This document shows, piece by piece, positions 1-9,694 of a stretch of 64,000 nucleotides of DNA. The stretch spans positions 128,001-192,000 of the forward strand of contig CAVOYH010000002.1 of assembly GCA_963700635.1 (NCBI GenBank), read 5' to 3'. The notes under the pieces were generated by a model. It was not told where the DNA came from, made no database searches, and saw only the letters and a program-made list of their open reading frames with translations. Every line of letters starts with the position of its first letter. Within the stretch, counting starts at the first letter, position 1. The stretch comes from an uncultured Bacteroidota bacterium (GTDB lineage Bacteria > Bacteroidota > Ignavibacteria > UBA10030 > UBA6906). A program made the translations under genes and the position numbers.

Positions 1-751
1 GTTCGCGGAGTTTGTGCGGTACAAACATAACGACATGGATGATCTTGAGCGGGTGATCAGCAAGCTGCCCGCAGAAGCGGGAAAGCTGGTTGTCTCCGAT
101 GGGGTCTTTAGCACGACCGGCACCATCGTGGAGTTGCCCCGGCTTGTAGCAGCGGCGCGCAGGCACAATGCCCGTGTCCTGATTGATGATGCCCATGCGA
201 CAGGGGTGATTGGCAAGGGAGGGCGCGGGACCGCGAGCCATTTCGGCCTCGAACAGGAAGTGGATATGACGATGGGAACTTTCTCCAAGACGTTTTCGTC
301 TCTGGGCGGGTTTGTCGTCGGCGATGCTGTCGTGATCAACTATCTGAAGCATCATGCCCCTGCTTTGATTTTTTCGGCGAGTCCGACTCCCGCCGCAGTG
401 GCCGCTGCGCTTGCGGCGCTGGATATCATGGAAAAGGAGCCGGAACGTATGGATCGCCTGATCCGGAATGCCGACAAGATGAGGAAAGGGTTCAAGGCGC
501 TGGGATTCCGCGTTCTCGATTCGCAGACCGCGATCGTCCCGGTCATCATCGGTGAGGACATGCCCACGTTCGTTTTCTGGCGTGAACTTTTTGAGGCAGG
601 CGTGTTCGTCAATGCATTCGTAAGTCCGGGTGTTCCTCCGGGCATGGCCATGTTACGCACAAGCTATATGGCAACCCACGAGGACCATCATCTGGACACG
701 ATTCTGGAGACGTTTGCCGTGATCGGAAAGAAACTCGGCATCATCCGATGA
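1..751 (+). CDS. spt: Serine palmitoyltransferase-like alpha-oxoamine synthase (PLP, class II aminotransferase), 5'-truncated by the window edge
   Basis: Motifs [23 protein letters not shown] lysine in [13 protein letters not shown] and RTSYMATH. These are closer to bacterial Spt than to BioF/Kbl, and the neighbour is bCerS-like. The reading frame continues upstream of the ORF-track start at 14. Confidence 0.7.
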   Translation, partial: FAEFVRYKHNDMDDLERVISKLPAEAGKLVVSDGVFSTTGTIVELPRLVAAARRHNARVLIDDAHATGVIGKGGRGTASHFGLEQEVDMTMGTFSKTFSSLGGFVVGDAVVINYLKHHAPALIFSASPTPAAVAAALAALDIMEKEPERMDRLIRNADKMRKGFKALGFRVLDSQTAIVPVIIGEDMPTFVFWRELFEAGVFVNAFVSPGVPPGMAMLRTSYMATHEDHHLDTILETFAVIGKKLGIIR

Positions 752-855
752 GCATCACCCCCGGGCAGAGAGCCGTCCGGAATCCGACGTAACCCAAACA
801 ACCCGCCGTCCCCGGTTGTGATCTCCCGTTCCCGAACCTGAGAGGCCCTACGCAT

Positions 856-1974
856 ATGAGCTCTGTAACCGTCCGCGTCGTCCGCACGAAACGCGACGTG
901 AAGACGTTCATCAAGTTTCAATGGAAACCGTATGAGGGAAATCCATACTGGGTGCCGCCTTTGTTAATGGATCGGCGCAAGCTGATGGATCGGGAGTCGA
1001 ACCCATTCTACAAGCATGCTGATGCGGAATTTTTTCTTGCCGAACGGGATGGTGAAGTGGTGGGACGGATCGGTGCCATCATCAATCATAACCACAACCG
1101 GGAGCACGATGAGAATATCGGGTTCTTCGGTTTTTTTGAATGTTTTGACGATCAGGCGATTGCCGACGCACTTTTTGACACCGTGAAGTCGTGGCTGCGC
1201 GCCCGGGGCGTCACAGCTGTACGCGGACCCGCAAGTCCCTCCGTGAACGATGAGTACGGTATGCTGGTCGAGGGTTTTGACCGGACTCCGACCATCCTGA
1301 TGGCGTACAACCCGCCCTACTACCCGAAACTGGTTGAGGCGTATGGATTTGTGAAAGCCAAAGATCTGTATTCCTGGCATCTGCACAAGGACAAGGTGTT
1401 TACGGAAAAGCTGGTGCGGGTGTCTGAAGCCGCGAAGCAGAGGCAGGGGCTCGTATTCCGGACGATCAACATGAAGGATTTTGACAACGAAGTCAAAAAG
1501 ATACAGGAGATCTATTCGCGAGGCTGGACGCGGAACTGGGGTGAAGTGCCGCTCACCGATGAAGAGTTCGCGTGTATGGCGCGGGATCTCAAACCGATCG
1601 TCAACCCGGCCTTTCTTATTATCGCCGAATCAAAAGGCAAAGCCGTGGGTTTCGGGCTGACGCTGCCCGATTACAATATTATCCTCAAGAAGAACAAACG
1701 GGGATGGCTCATCCCCGCGATGATCAGAATGCTGCTTTTCAAGAAGAAGATTGATAACTCCCGGATCATAATCCTGGGCGTGTTGCCCGAATACCTGAAT
1801 TCCGGTATCGGCGGAATACTTTTCTATGAAACCGCCAAGCGTGTCACCGATACCGGTATCAACAGAGGGGAAGCAAGCTGGGTACTTGAAGACAACGTGA
1901 TGATGAACCGGGGCGCACAGCTTATGAACGGTGAACTGATCAAGAAACACCGTCTCTATCAACTCCCGATCTAA
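856..1974 (+). CDS. Tandem-GNAT acyltransferase of the YghO/bacterial ceramide synthase (bCerS) type
   Basis: Family signatures F..F...Y...P.WVPPL, NPF, VVGRIGAI, GFFGFFECFDD, RGP...S.NDE.GMLVEGFD, YNPPYY, GVLPEY...G and EASWVLEDN..MN; adjacent to spt. Confidence 0.7.
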   Translation: MSSVTVRVVRTKRDVKTFIKFQWKPYEGNPYWVPPLLMDRRKLMDRESNPFYKHADAEFFLAERDGEVVGRIGAIINHNHNREHDENIGFFGFFECFDDQAIADALFDTVKSWLRARGVTAVRGPASPSVNDEYGMLVEGFDRTPTILMAYNPPYYPKLVEAYGFVKAKDLYSWHLHKDKVFTEKLVRVSEAAKQRQGLVFRTINMKDFDNEVKKIQEIYSRGWTRNWGEVPLTDEEFACMARDLKPIVNPAFLIIAESKGKAVGFGLTLPDYNIILKKNKRGWLIPAMIRMLLFKKKIDNSRIIILGVLPEYLNSGIGGILFYETAKRVTDTGINRGEASWVLEDNVMMNRGAQLMNGELIKKHRLYQLPI

Positions 1975-1997
1975 CCCAACCCCAGAACGAGGTCCGT

Positions 1998-2924
1998 ATG
2001 CCGGTCAAGAAGGTAGAAAAAATCTGGATGAACGGTACGCTGGTAAACTGGGATGATGCGAAGATCCACGTGCTCTCCCACGTCGTCCATTACGGCACAA
2101 GCTGGTTCGAAGGAATCCGGTGTTATGATACTGCGAAGGGCCCTGCGATCTTCCGGCTTGACAAGCACATCCGCCGTCTTTTTGATTCTCTGAAGATTTA
2201 CCGCACACCGCTCAACTATAACGAGGCACAGGTCGAAACAGCGATTCTTGAAACCATCCGGGCAAACAAGATGCGCGCCTGTTATATCCGTCCGGTCGCG
2301 TATCGTGGCTACGGTGATGTCGGGGTGAATCCGCTGGGATGCCCGGTTGATCTGACGGTGGGCGTCTGGGAGTGGGGAACCTATCTGGGTCCCGAGGCGC
2401 TTGCGAACGGGATTGATGTGTGTATTTCTTCCTGGAACCGCCCGGCGCCGAATACGTTGCCGACGATGGCAAAGGCGGGTGGAAACTATATCCTCTCGCA
2501 GATGATGAAACTCGAAGCTGTGCAGGCTGGATTTGTCGAGGCGATTGCGCTGGATGTCCAGGGGAACCTCAGCGAAGGAAGCGGGGAGAACCTCTTCCTC
2601 GTGTACGATGGAGTTCTGTTTACGCCGCCCCTGTCTTCCTCGCTCCTCCCCGGCATCACGCGTATGTCTGTTATTGAGCTCGCCCGCGAGATGGGGTTTG
2701 AGGTGAGGGAAAGCGTGGTGCCCCGGGAACTGGTGTACATCGCCGATGAAATGTTTTTCACCGGAACAGCGGCGGAAATCACGCCGATCCGGTCAGTCGA
2801 CCGTGCCACCGTGGGGAACGGCAAGCCCGGTCCGAAAACCGTTGCTTTACAGAAGGCATTTTTTGATATTGTAAAGAACGCCAATGATCCTCATCACTGG
2901 CTGAAGTTCGTGTACAACACCTGA
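1998..2924 (+). CDS. ilvE: Branched-chain amino acid aminotransferase
   Basis: HYG...FEGIRCY, AKAGGNY, EGSGENLF, LLPGITR, FFTGTAAEITPI; SD GAGG upstream. Confidence 0.95.
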   Translation: MPVKKVEKIWMNGTLVNWDDAKIHVLSHVVHYGTSWFEGIRCYDTAKGPAIFRLDKHIRRLFDSLKIYRTPLNYNEAQVETAILETIRANKMRACYIRPVAYRGYGDVGVNPLGCPVDLTVGVWEWGTYLGPEALANGIDVCISSWNRPAPNTLPTMAKAGGNYILSQMMKLEAVQAGFVEAIALDVQGNLSEGSGENLFLVYDGVLFTPPLSSSLLPGITRMSVIELAREMGFEVRESVVPRELVYIADEMFFTGTAAEITPIRSVDRATVGNGKPGPKTVALQKAFFDIVKNANDPHHWLKFVYNT

Positions 2925-2952
2925 TCGTCCTCACAAACGCGGGAGGTGTGCG

Positions 2953-3504
2953 ATGAAGGCTTCACCGCGAAAACCAGCAAAACGACGCACAGTATCGCGA
3001 CCGAAGAAAAAGGTCACTCAACGTCGGCCAACTCGTGTCCCTCGTTCCCCTGCAAGCGCTCTGGGAATCCGTTCCATCCTTGTGCCAATCGATTTTTCGG
3101 TCCATTCCAAAAATGCGCTCAAGTATGCGGTTCCGATGGCCAGACAGTTCGGTGCCTCGCTCCACCTGATTTACGTAGTGGAGCCGACGATTTATCCGGC
3201 AGACCTTGGATTCGGGCAGGTGGTGTTGCCCGGCGTAGAAGAAGAATTGCGGCAGAAGGGTGCAAAAGAACTGCAGGTGCTCATTGAACGGGAAATAGGC
3301 AACAGGGTCCGTGCCACATCATCAGTGCGGACGGGAAATCCGCATCATGAGATCCTGAACGAAGCCGAGGATTTGGATATCGATCTTATTATCGTGGCCA
3401 CACACGGCCATACGGGGGTCGAACATATGATCTTCGGGAGCACCGCCGATCGGCTGGTACGGCATGCGCGATGCCCGGTCCTGACGATCCGCCCTGCCGA
3501 CTGA
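2953..3504 (+). CDS. Universal stress protein with a basic N-terminal extension
   Basis: ILVPIDFS, DLIIVATHGHTG...FGSTADRLVRHARCPVL; SD GGGAGG at 2941-2946. Confidence 0.92.
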   Translation: MKASPRKPAKRRTVSRPKKKVTQRRPTRVPRSPASALGIRSILVPIDFSVHSKNALKYAVPMARQFGASLHLIYVVEPTIYPADLGFGQVVLPGVEEELRQKGAKELQVLIEREIGNRVRATSSVRTGNPHHEILNEAEDLDIDLIIVATHGHTGVEHMIFGSTADRLVRHARCPVLTIRPAD

Positions 3505-3527
3505 CTCAAAGAGCGAGCAGCGAGGTG

Positions 3528-4499
3528 TTACTTTTCCCGGTCCACCACAAAGTCTGCAAACGCGATCAGCGATCGGCGTGACGGCGAATCAGGAAAGGTA
3601 GCCAGGCGCTGTTGTGCCGATCGCGAGAATTCCCTGGCACGCTCCGTGGCATAGGTAATCCCACCAAACCGTTCCACAAACGCTACGATCTGACGTACGT
3701 TTACTTTTTTTCCTCCCGACCGGATCATTCCCAGAATCTCCTTACGTTCAGCCGCCGGGGCCTGTGCCAGCGCGTGAACGAGAGGGAGAGTAAGTTTCTT
3801 CTCCGACATGTCAAGACCGGTCGGTTTTCCCGTGATACTTTTCCTCCCGGTATAGTCCAGGATATCGTCACGGATCTGAAAAGCAAGACCGACATCTTCG
3901 CCGTATTCCCTCAGGAGACGGTGATAGTCCGGGTTGTCGGAAGTGCTGACCGCCCCGATCTCACAGCATGTGGAGAGCAGGGACGCGGTCTTGTCGCCAA
4001 TAATCCGGAGATAGGCAGGTTCATCCATGTCCAGTTTCCTGCTCCGGTGAATCTGATGAAGTTCCCCTTCACTCATTCGGCGAACCGCCGTGGAAGTGAT
4101 TTTCAGAAACGCGAAGTCGTTGTGCTCCAGCGAAAGCAGCAGACCCCGGGAGAGGAGGTAGTCACCCATAAGAACCGCGATCTTGTTCTTCCAGACCGCA
4201 TTAATCGATGCCAGTCCGCGGCGTGTGTCGGCATTGTCGACGACATCATCGTGGACCAGTGTCGCCGTATGGAGTATCTCGACAAGCGTCGCACCCCGGT
4301 AACTTTTTTCATTCACGGTACCGCACACATCGGCGCTTAACAGCACAAGGATCGGACGAACCTTCTTTCCTTTCTGTCGGACGATGTACTTTGTGATGAG
4401 TTCCAGAAGTCCCACTTTGGAGCGGAGGGCTTCACGGAAGACGCGGTCAAACACAGGCACGTGGTGCTGAATGGGGAGAGCAATGTCGTGGAGGTTCAC
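3528..4499 (-). CDS. ispB: Polyprenyl (octaprenyl-type) diphosphate synthase
   Basis: GKKVRP, LHTATLVHDDVVD..DTRRG (first DDxxD), KTASL, FQIRDDILD (second DDxxD). Confidence 0.9.
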   Translation of the reverse strand: MNLHDIALPIQHHVPVFDRVFREALRSKVGLLELITKYIVRQKGKKVRPILVLLSADVCGTVNEKSYRGATLVEILHTATLVHDDVVDNADTRRGLASINAVWKNKIAVLMGDYLLSRGLLLSLEHNDFAFLKITSTAVRRMSEGELHQIHRSRKLDMDEPAYLRIIGDKTASLLSTCCEIGAVSTSDNPDYHRLLREYGEDVGLAFQIRDDILDYTGRKSITGKPTGLDMSEKKLTLPLVHALAQAPAAERKEILGMIRSGGKKVNVRQIVAFVERFGGITYATERAREFSRSAQQRLATFPDSPSRRSLIAFADFVVDREK

Positions 4500-4528
4500 T
4501 GCGTACCTATGCTCGGGATAACAATGCG

Positions 4529-5323
4529 TTATGATGCCAGCTCGGCATCCCTCTTCCGTGTTGCCCAGGCCGAGATGAAAATACTGACCTCGTACAGCAC
4601 CAGAAGCGGAACCGCCAGCAGGATCTGACTTACCGGATCCGTTCCGGGTGTCAGGAACGCGGCAAGGATAAAAATCGCCACGATGGCGTGGCGCCGGTAC
4701 TTGCGCATAAACCGGGGAGTAAGAATGCCGAGTTTCGAGAGAAACCAGGATACCATGGGGAGTTCGAAGACGACGCCCGCGGCCAGCATCACGCTGATAA
4801 TAAAGCTCATATATTCGGTTATGGCGATATTGTTTTCGATCGTACTGCTGCCGAACGTCGAAAAGAACCCGAGCGAAGCGGGCAGCATCACAAAATAGGC
4901 AAATGCCACGCCGCCGAGAAAACAGACCGAGGAAAATGCCACGATCGCCCGGATGTGATTACGCTCTTTGGCAAGAAGTCCCGGTGAGATAAATGCCCAG
5001 ATCTGATACAGAATATTCGGGAGACTGAGGATTGCCCCTCCGATGATGGCAACCTGCATGTAAAGAAAAAGCTGTCCGAATGGCTTGAGATTTTGCAGGC
5101 GGATAGGCGGCTGGCCGGGAAGAAGTTTTTCGTTCACCTCCACAATCGGCCGCAGCATGACGGTATCCATGATCCAGTCGATAAACACCCAGCAAATGAT
5201 CATGCCGAGCACGATGCCGATAATCGCTTTGATAAGGCGCCAGCGAAGTTCCTCGAGGTGATCGAGAAACGACATCTCTTGTGATGTCTCCTGATCCATT
5301 CCGCTGTCCGGTTTTTCCGCCAA
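4529..5323 (-). CDS. tatC: Twin-arginine translocase subunit TatC
   Basis: MSFLDHLEELRWRL, YQIWAFISPGL, FELP, AAFLTPGTDP, LYE. Start could be ATG 5299. Confidence 0.95.
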   Translation of the reverse strand: MAEKPDSGMDQETSQEMSFLDHLEELRWRLIKAIIGIVLGMIICWVFIDWIMDTVMLRPIVEVNEKLLPGQPPIRLQNLKPFGQLFLYMQVAIIGGAILSLPNILYQIWAFISPGLLAKERNHIRAIVAFSSVCFLGGVAFAYFVMLPASLGFFSTFGSSTIENNIAITEYMSFIISVMLAAGVVFELPMVSWFLSKLGILTPRFMRKYRRHAIVAIFILAAFLTPGTDPVSQILLAVPLLVLYEVSIFISAWATRKRDAELAS

Positions 5324-5346
5324 GGCTATTGTCCGTTATGCTTCGG

Positions 5347-6645
5347 TTAGACCTGCAGTTCGGGGTAAAGGGGGAATTTCCGACAGAGCTGCTCCACGTC
5401 AGAACTTACGCTTGCGTACACCTTTTTGTCGCCCATGTGTGTGAGCACCCGGTCGATAAGGCCTGCAACCTGCTCCATTTCAGCTTCCCGCATCTTTCGT
5501 GTCGTCAGTGCCGGCGTCCCGATCCGAATACCGCTGGTAATGAGGGGACTTTTATCATCGAACGGGACGGCGTTTTTGTTGACGGTAATGCCTGATTCGT
5601 CGAGCGCCTCCTGAGCGTCTTTTCCCGTAAGACCCCTGTTCCGCAGATCGATAAGCATCAGGTGGTTGTCGGTGCCTGAAGAAACGATGTTGTATCCGCG
5701 GGCAAGCAGTCCGGCCGCAAGCGTCTGTGCATTGCTGATCACCTGGCGTGCATAGGTTTCAAAGTCTGGTTGCTGGGCCTCCCGGAACGCCACAGCTTTT
5801 CCAGCAATCACGTGCATCAGCGGCCCACCCTGGATGCCGGGAATGACCATGGAATCCAACAGTTCCGACATCCTCTTTGTACGTCCCGATTTTGGTGCAA
5901 CCAGGCCGAAGGGGTTGTCAAAATCTTTCCCCATCAGAATGAGGCCGCCACGTGGACCCCGCAGGGTCTTGTGCGTCGTTGAAGTAACCACATGGCAGTA
6001 GGGAAGAGGGTCGTTGAGAAGCCGGCGGGCGATCAGTCCGGCCGGGTGTGCTATGTCTGCGAACAGAAACGCGCCAACCCTGTCGGCGATTTCGCGAAAC
6101 CGCTTATAGTCGATATTCCGGGAGTACGCGCTTGCGCCAACCGTGATCATTTTCGGGCGTTCTTTTTTTGCAAGCCGCTCAACGTCATTAAAGTCTATCC
6201 GCCCTGTTTCGCGATCTATACCATACGGAACAAACCGGTAAAACTGCCCTGAAAAATTAACGGGAGAACCGTGCGTGAGATGTCCTCCGTGCGAGAGATC
6301 CATGCCCATGAGGGTGTCGCCGGGTTTTACGAAGGTGAAGTACACCGCCATGTTTGCCTGTGAACCCGAATGGGGTTGGACGTTGGCGTACTCCGCACCA
6401 AAAAGTTCCTTGACACGGTCACGCGCAAGATCCTCCACGACGTCGACATATTCACACCCGCCATAGTAACGCTTTCCGGGATACCCCTCGGCGTATTTGT
6501 TTGTGAGCGGGGAGCCAACGGCTTCGAGGACGGCCAGACTCACAAAATTTTCCGAGGCGATCAGTTCGAGTTTTGTATTTTGCCGGCTGATTTCGTTGCG
6601 TGTGGCGGCGCTCACCTCCGGATCCTGCATGTGCAAGGCGTTCAT
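5347..6645 (-). CDS. glyA: Serine hydroxymethyltransferase
   Basis: [42 protein letters not shown]. Start moved to ATG 6645, just after SD GAGGAGG. Confidence 0.97.
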   Translation of the reverse strand: MNALHMQDPEVSAATRNEISRQNTKLELIASENFVSLAVLEAVGSPLTNKYAEGYPGKRYYGGCEYVDVVEDLARDRVKELFGAEYANVQPHSGSQANMAVYFTFVKPGDTLMGMDLSHGGHLTHGSPVNFSGQFYRFVPYGIDRETGRIDFNDVERLAKKERPKMITVGASAYSRNIDYKRFREIADRVGAFLFADIAHPAGLIARRLLNDPLPYCHVVTSTTHKTLRGPRGGLILMGKDFDNPFGLVAPKSGRTKRMSELLDSMVIPGIQGGPLMHVIAGKAVAFREAQQPDFETYARQVISNAQTLAAGLLARGYNIVSSGTDNHLMLIDLRNRGLTGKDAQEALDESGITVNKNAVPFDDKSPLITSGIRIGTPALTTRKMREAEMEQVAGLIDRVLTHMGDKKVYASVSSDVEQLCRKFPLYPELQV

Positions 6646-6646
6646 A

Positions 6647-7909
6647 TCAGTCCTCCTCAAATCGGGAAAACCAGAGTTCGCTGATCGTGATCGATGCCGA
6701 GAAACGGATGATGTTGTCTTTGATCAGATTCTTCTCGGTTGTTCCGCGACTGCCATACTCGAGAGCCAGGTTCAGCCGTGTGTCCGCACTGACGGGAATG
6801 CCCAGTCCTGCCGTCACGGCCCAGGCGTTTACGGGTTCGCCCTTGGGGGCGTAGTACGTCGCGTGATACATTGCACCAAATCGGTAGGCGATGCGGTCAA
6901 GAAGGGGCTGCCCCGCTTCGCGGGCGGGAACGCGCTCGAACCCGACACCCACCATGGTCGAATTACGGATGCCGTCAAAGGATTTTCCCCGGTACTCCGA
7001 TGAGGCCCACGCCTGGGTGGTGATATCCGCGGCGATCAGAATACGTTCGGAGGGCCGGTACGTGAGGCCGAATCCCAGTGCCGCGGGGAAGACCAGAGTG
7101 CCCCCGGTTTCGTCCGTCGTATCCCTCAGGTCCGTGAACAGGTATGTATAGCGGTGGGTGGACGAGAGGGTGGAGCGGGTTGTAAGGGAAATACCGAATG
7201 AGAAGGGTGCGAGGAACGGCGTCACACCGCCGAGGCTGTCCAGCACCGCACTGAACGTAAAGGCAGTTCCGTTCATTGTTGTCTCTTCGTTCTGCGTTCC
7301 TCCTGCATAGCCCGTTGCGTGCGGGATGATCTCGCTTGCTTTTTCAAGCGTGCCGAAGAGGTAGTTAAAGCCGACACCAAGCGCGAGAGAGCGTGATGGT
7401 GTGTAGGAAATGCCGATCAGACCCTTGCTGACACCTCCGCGGCCTGTATGGTTGATACTGTACGCCATCGTGTCCGTCGGGCCAGTATATGTGTTTGCCG
7501 TGAACGTGTTGTAGTCCACTTTACTGTACGGCGTGAAGCCGGCACCGACGACGATACCGTTGGCTGGTGAGACCGGTATCGCCAGCATCGCGCCGGAAAA
7601 ATCCGCCCGGGCCAGAAACCGCGACGTGGATGTATTGCTCGAATTGAGCCCTTCATACAGCAGACTTCCCTCGATGCGAGCGCGGTCGATCCGGGACCAG
7701 GTTGCCGGAGAGAGTGTATTAATGTAGTGCGGGCCGGAGATTGCATAACCTGTATAGCCCATCCCTGCCGCGCGGACATTCGGGGCGAGGCGAAGATCAC
7801 CGATGCCCAGCACGGAATAGATTGACGCTCCGCTTCCTGCGAGAACGGAAGTGGCAGGAAGGAGCAGTGGAACGATCAGCAGAATAACAAAAAACCTTCT
7901 CACGCTCAC
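6647..7909 (-). CDS. Outer-membrane beta-barrel protein (FadL/PorV-like fold, conserved FCB family)
   Basis: Signal peptide; N-terminal [11 protein letters not shown]...AGMG plug-like motif; alternating beta strands; C-terminal ...SITISELWF. Confidence 0.65.
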   Translation of the reverse strand: MSVRRFFVILLIVPLLLPATSVLAGSGASIYSVLGIGDLRLAPNVRAAGMGYTGYAISGPHYINTLSPATWSRIDRARIEGSLLYEGLNSSNTSTSRFLARADFSGAMLAIPVSPANGIVVGAGFTPYSKVDYNTFTANTYTGPTDTMAYSINHTGRGGVSKGLIGISYTPSRSLALGVGFNYLFGTLEKASEIIPHATGYAGGTQNEETTMNGTAFTFSAVLDSLGGVTPFLAPFSFGISLTTRSTLSSTHRYTYLFTDLRDTTDETGGTLVFPAALGFGLTYRPSERILIAADITTQAWASSEYRGKSFDGIRNSTMVGVGFERVPAREAGQPLLDRIAYRFGAMYHATYYAPKGEPVNAWAVTAGLGIPVSADTRLNLALEYGSRGTTEKNLIKDNIIRFSASITISELWFSRFEED

Positions 7910-7917
7910 CTCACCGG

Positions 7918-9102
7918 TCAGTTTTGTGGAATGGAATACAGTATACGGACGCGCGGACGCTGCGCGGCGTTAGCAGCGCTGGTATTGTAAAACGTCAGGA
8001 GATCAAAACTCCGGAATTCCTGCTCGCCGGCCACACGAAGGAGCAGGCCATAATTCGGTCCGCGAACCCATGACTGTACAACGTTACGTACGTCGGCCGA
8101 ATAGGTGTCGGGTGTACCGGATTTGAGCGACCCGGTTGTTGATCCCGATTGGAACGATCCTTTGATCGAGTCCTCGAGTAAGAGATGCGCACTCAGACTT
8201 GCATCCCCTGAAAATCTGTTTAGCCGGCTGGTGAGAGGATCACGCTGCAGCGTCAACTCAGCCAGGTGGATAGCGGACCCTTTGGGGATAAAGCTCACAT
8301 CGAAGCGCAGGGCACTCCGGTAAACGATCCCGGCCTGAAGATAGAGGAGATCCGGCCGGCTGATAAGGCTTTCGTTGTTGCCGAAGAAGGTGTCGATCCC
8401 GAGCGCGAATGAAGAAGTGTCACGGACCGTGCCTGAGGCATTACTGGCGATGATCTCCAGAGTGGGCACGTCCTTAGTGGAATCTGCCTCGAATGAATAA
8501 AAACCCCGTACAACGTTCGTGCCTGCCGTAGGGACGAGGACAATGCCGAATTTTGTGTCCGTGTTGTCTGTGCCGGATGTGCGCAGCCATTCACGGACCA
8601 TGGCGGTGTCAAGCTGGACTACGATGCGCATAGAATCGGCACCAACAGCACCGCTGAATGTCCCGCGGATGGGGGAGGGATCGTAAAAGCCGGTTTGTAC
8701 TGTGTCCCACGTCGCCGCACCGGAAGTCCATGACCGGTTAATCCGGTGAACGGTGAATCCGAACGGCGCGATAGAATCACCGAAGAACGAAGCAGCCCGC
8801 AGAGAGAGCCGGGCTTCCATCACATTGACGGTATCGCGGATCGGGAAGTAGTTGGAGTAAAACGCAAGAGCTGTGATTGCGGTGTAGTTACCCGATCGGC
8901 CGACAAGATTGATGTTGCTGTTCATCGGATAATACTGACTGAAGGGGGTGCCGCTCACGGCGGTGATGGTAGTTTCCTGGACCGCTACACCCAGGAAGGG
9001 GAGGGGCGCCAGCAATGCGTTGTCTTCTGTTGGATCCTCGCTGCACGATACAAGGAGTGCTGCAAGGATCAAGGGCAGCCACCGTTTTTTCCCGTCAAGC
9101 AT
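7918..9102 (-). CDS. Lipoprotein, DUF4270/DNRLRE-like
   Basis: Lipobox LLVSC after a KKR-led signal; two repeats of a 'A.L.L...W....N.G..L...P.L.I' module. ATG 9102 fits SD AAGGAG better than 9114. Confidence 0.6.
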   Translation of the reverse strand: MLDGKKRWLPLILAALLVSCSEDPTEDNALLAPLPFLGVAVQETTITAVSGTPFSQYYPMNSNINLVGRSGNYTAITALAFYSNYFPIRDTVNVMEARLSLRAASFFGDSIAPFGFTVHRINRSWTSGAATWDTVQTGFYDPSPIRGTFSGAVGADSMRIVVQLDTAMVREWLRTSGTDNTDTKFGIVLVPTAGTNVVRGFYSFEADSTKDVPTLEIIASNASGTVRDTSSFALGIDTFFGNNESLISRPDLLYLQAGIVYRSALRFDVSFIPKGSAIHLAELTLQRDPLTSRLNRFSGDASLSAHLLLEDSIKGSFQSGSTTGSLKSGTPDTYSADVRNVVQSWVRGPNYGLLLRVAGEQEFRSFDLLTFYNTSAANAAQRPRVRILYSIPQN

Positions 9103-9694
9103 GATAATGGACATCTCCTTCGGACTGTTGCAGGATGAATTCCACAGCTTCGACGACGGACGGCCTCACGGCGTCCGGCGTGAGGCCGGTTGATTGGCAC
9201 TCCTGGAGTGCCGATGGGCCGTACCCGGTGAGCACGAGCACAGTGCGTGCGCCTGCCGCGAGACCGGCCTTCATATCCGCCACTTTATCCCCCACGACAA
9301 ATGCCCGGCGGGGGTTCACCGGAAAATCCTCCATCGCCCGGCGGAGCATGCCGGTCTGCGGTTTGCGGCATTCGCAGCTCATCGTGTACGGCGATTTGCC
9401 AATGGTCGGGTGGTGGGGGCAATAGTAAATCCTGTCGAGGCGGGCGTGGTCACGGGCCAGCTCAGTCTCCAGGCGCTGATGGATCGGAACAAGGTCCGCT
9501 TCGCTGAAGAGTTCGCGTGCGACACCGGACTGATTCGAAACCACAAAAACAAGAAAGTCGCGCTCGTTCAGGGCACGGATCGCCTTTCCGGCGCCGGGGA
9601 TCATCTGGAGGCCCGCGGCATTCCGCAGGTACCCCACATCTTCGATCAACGTTCCGTCTCTGTCAAAGAAGACGGCAGCACGTCCATCCCTCAC
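9095..9694 (-). CDS. gmhB: HAD-IIIA phosphatase, D-glycero-D-manno-heptose 1,7-bisphosphate phosphatase-like
   Basis: FFDRDGTL, SNQSGVAR, YYCPHHP, CECRKP, VGDKVAD. Start reassigned to GTG 9694, overlapping the glgA stop (GTGA). Confidence 0.8.
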   Translation of the reverse strand: MRDGRAAVFFDRDGTLIEDVGYLRNAAGLQMIPGAGKAIRALNERDFLVFVVSNQSGVARELFSEADLVPIHQRLETELARDHARLDRIYYCPHHPTIGKSPYTMSCECRKPQTGMLRRAMEDFPVNPRRAFVVGDKVADMKAGLAAGARTVLVLTGYGPSALQECQSTGLTPDAVRPSVVEAVEFILQQSEGDVHYHA

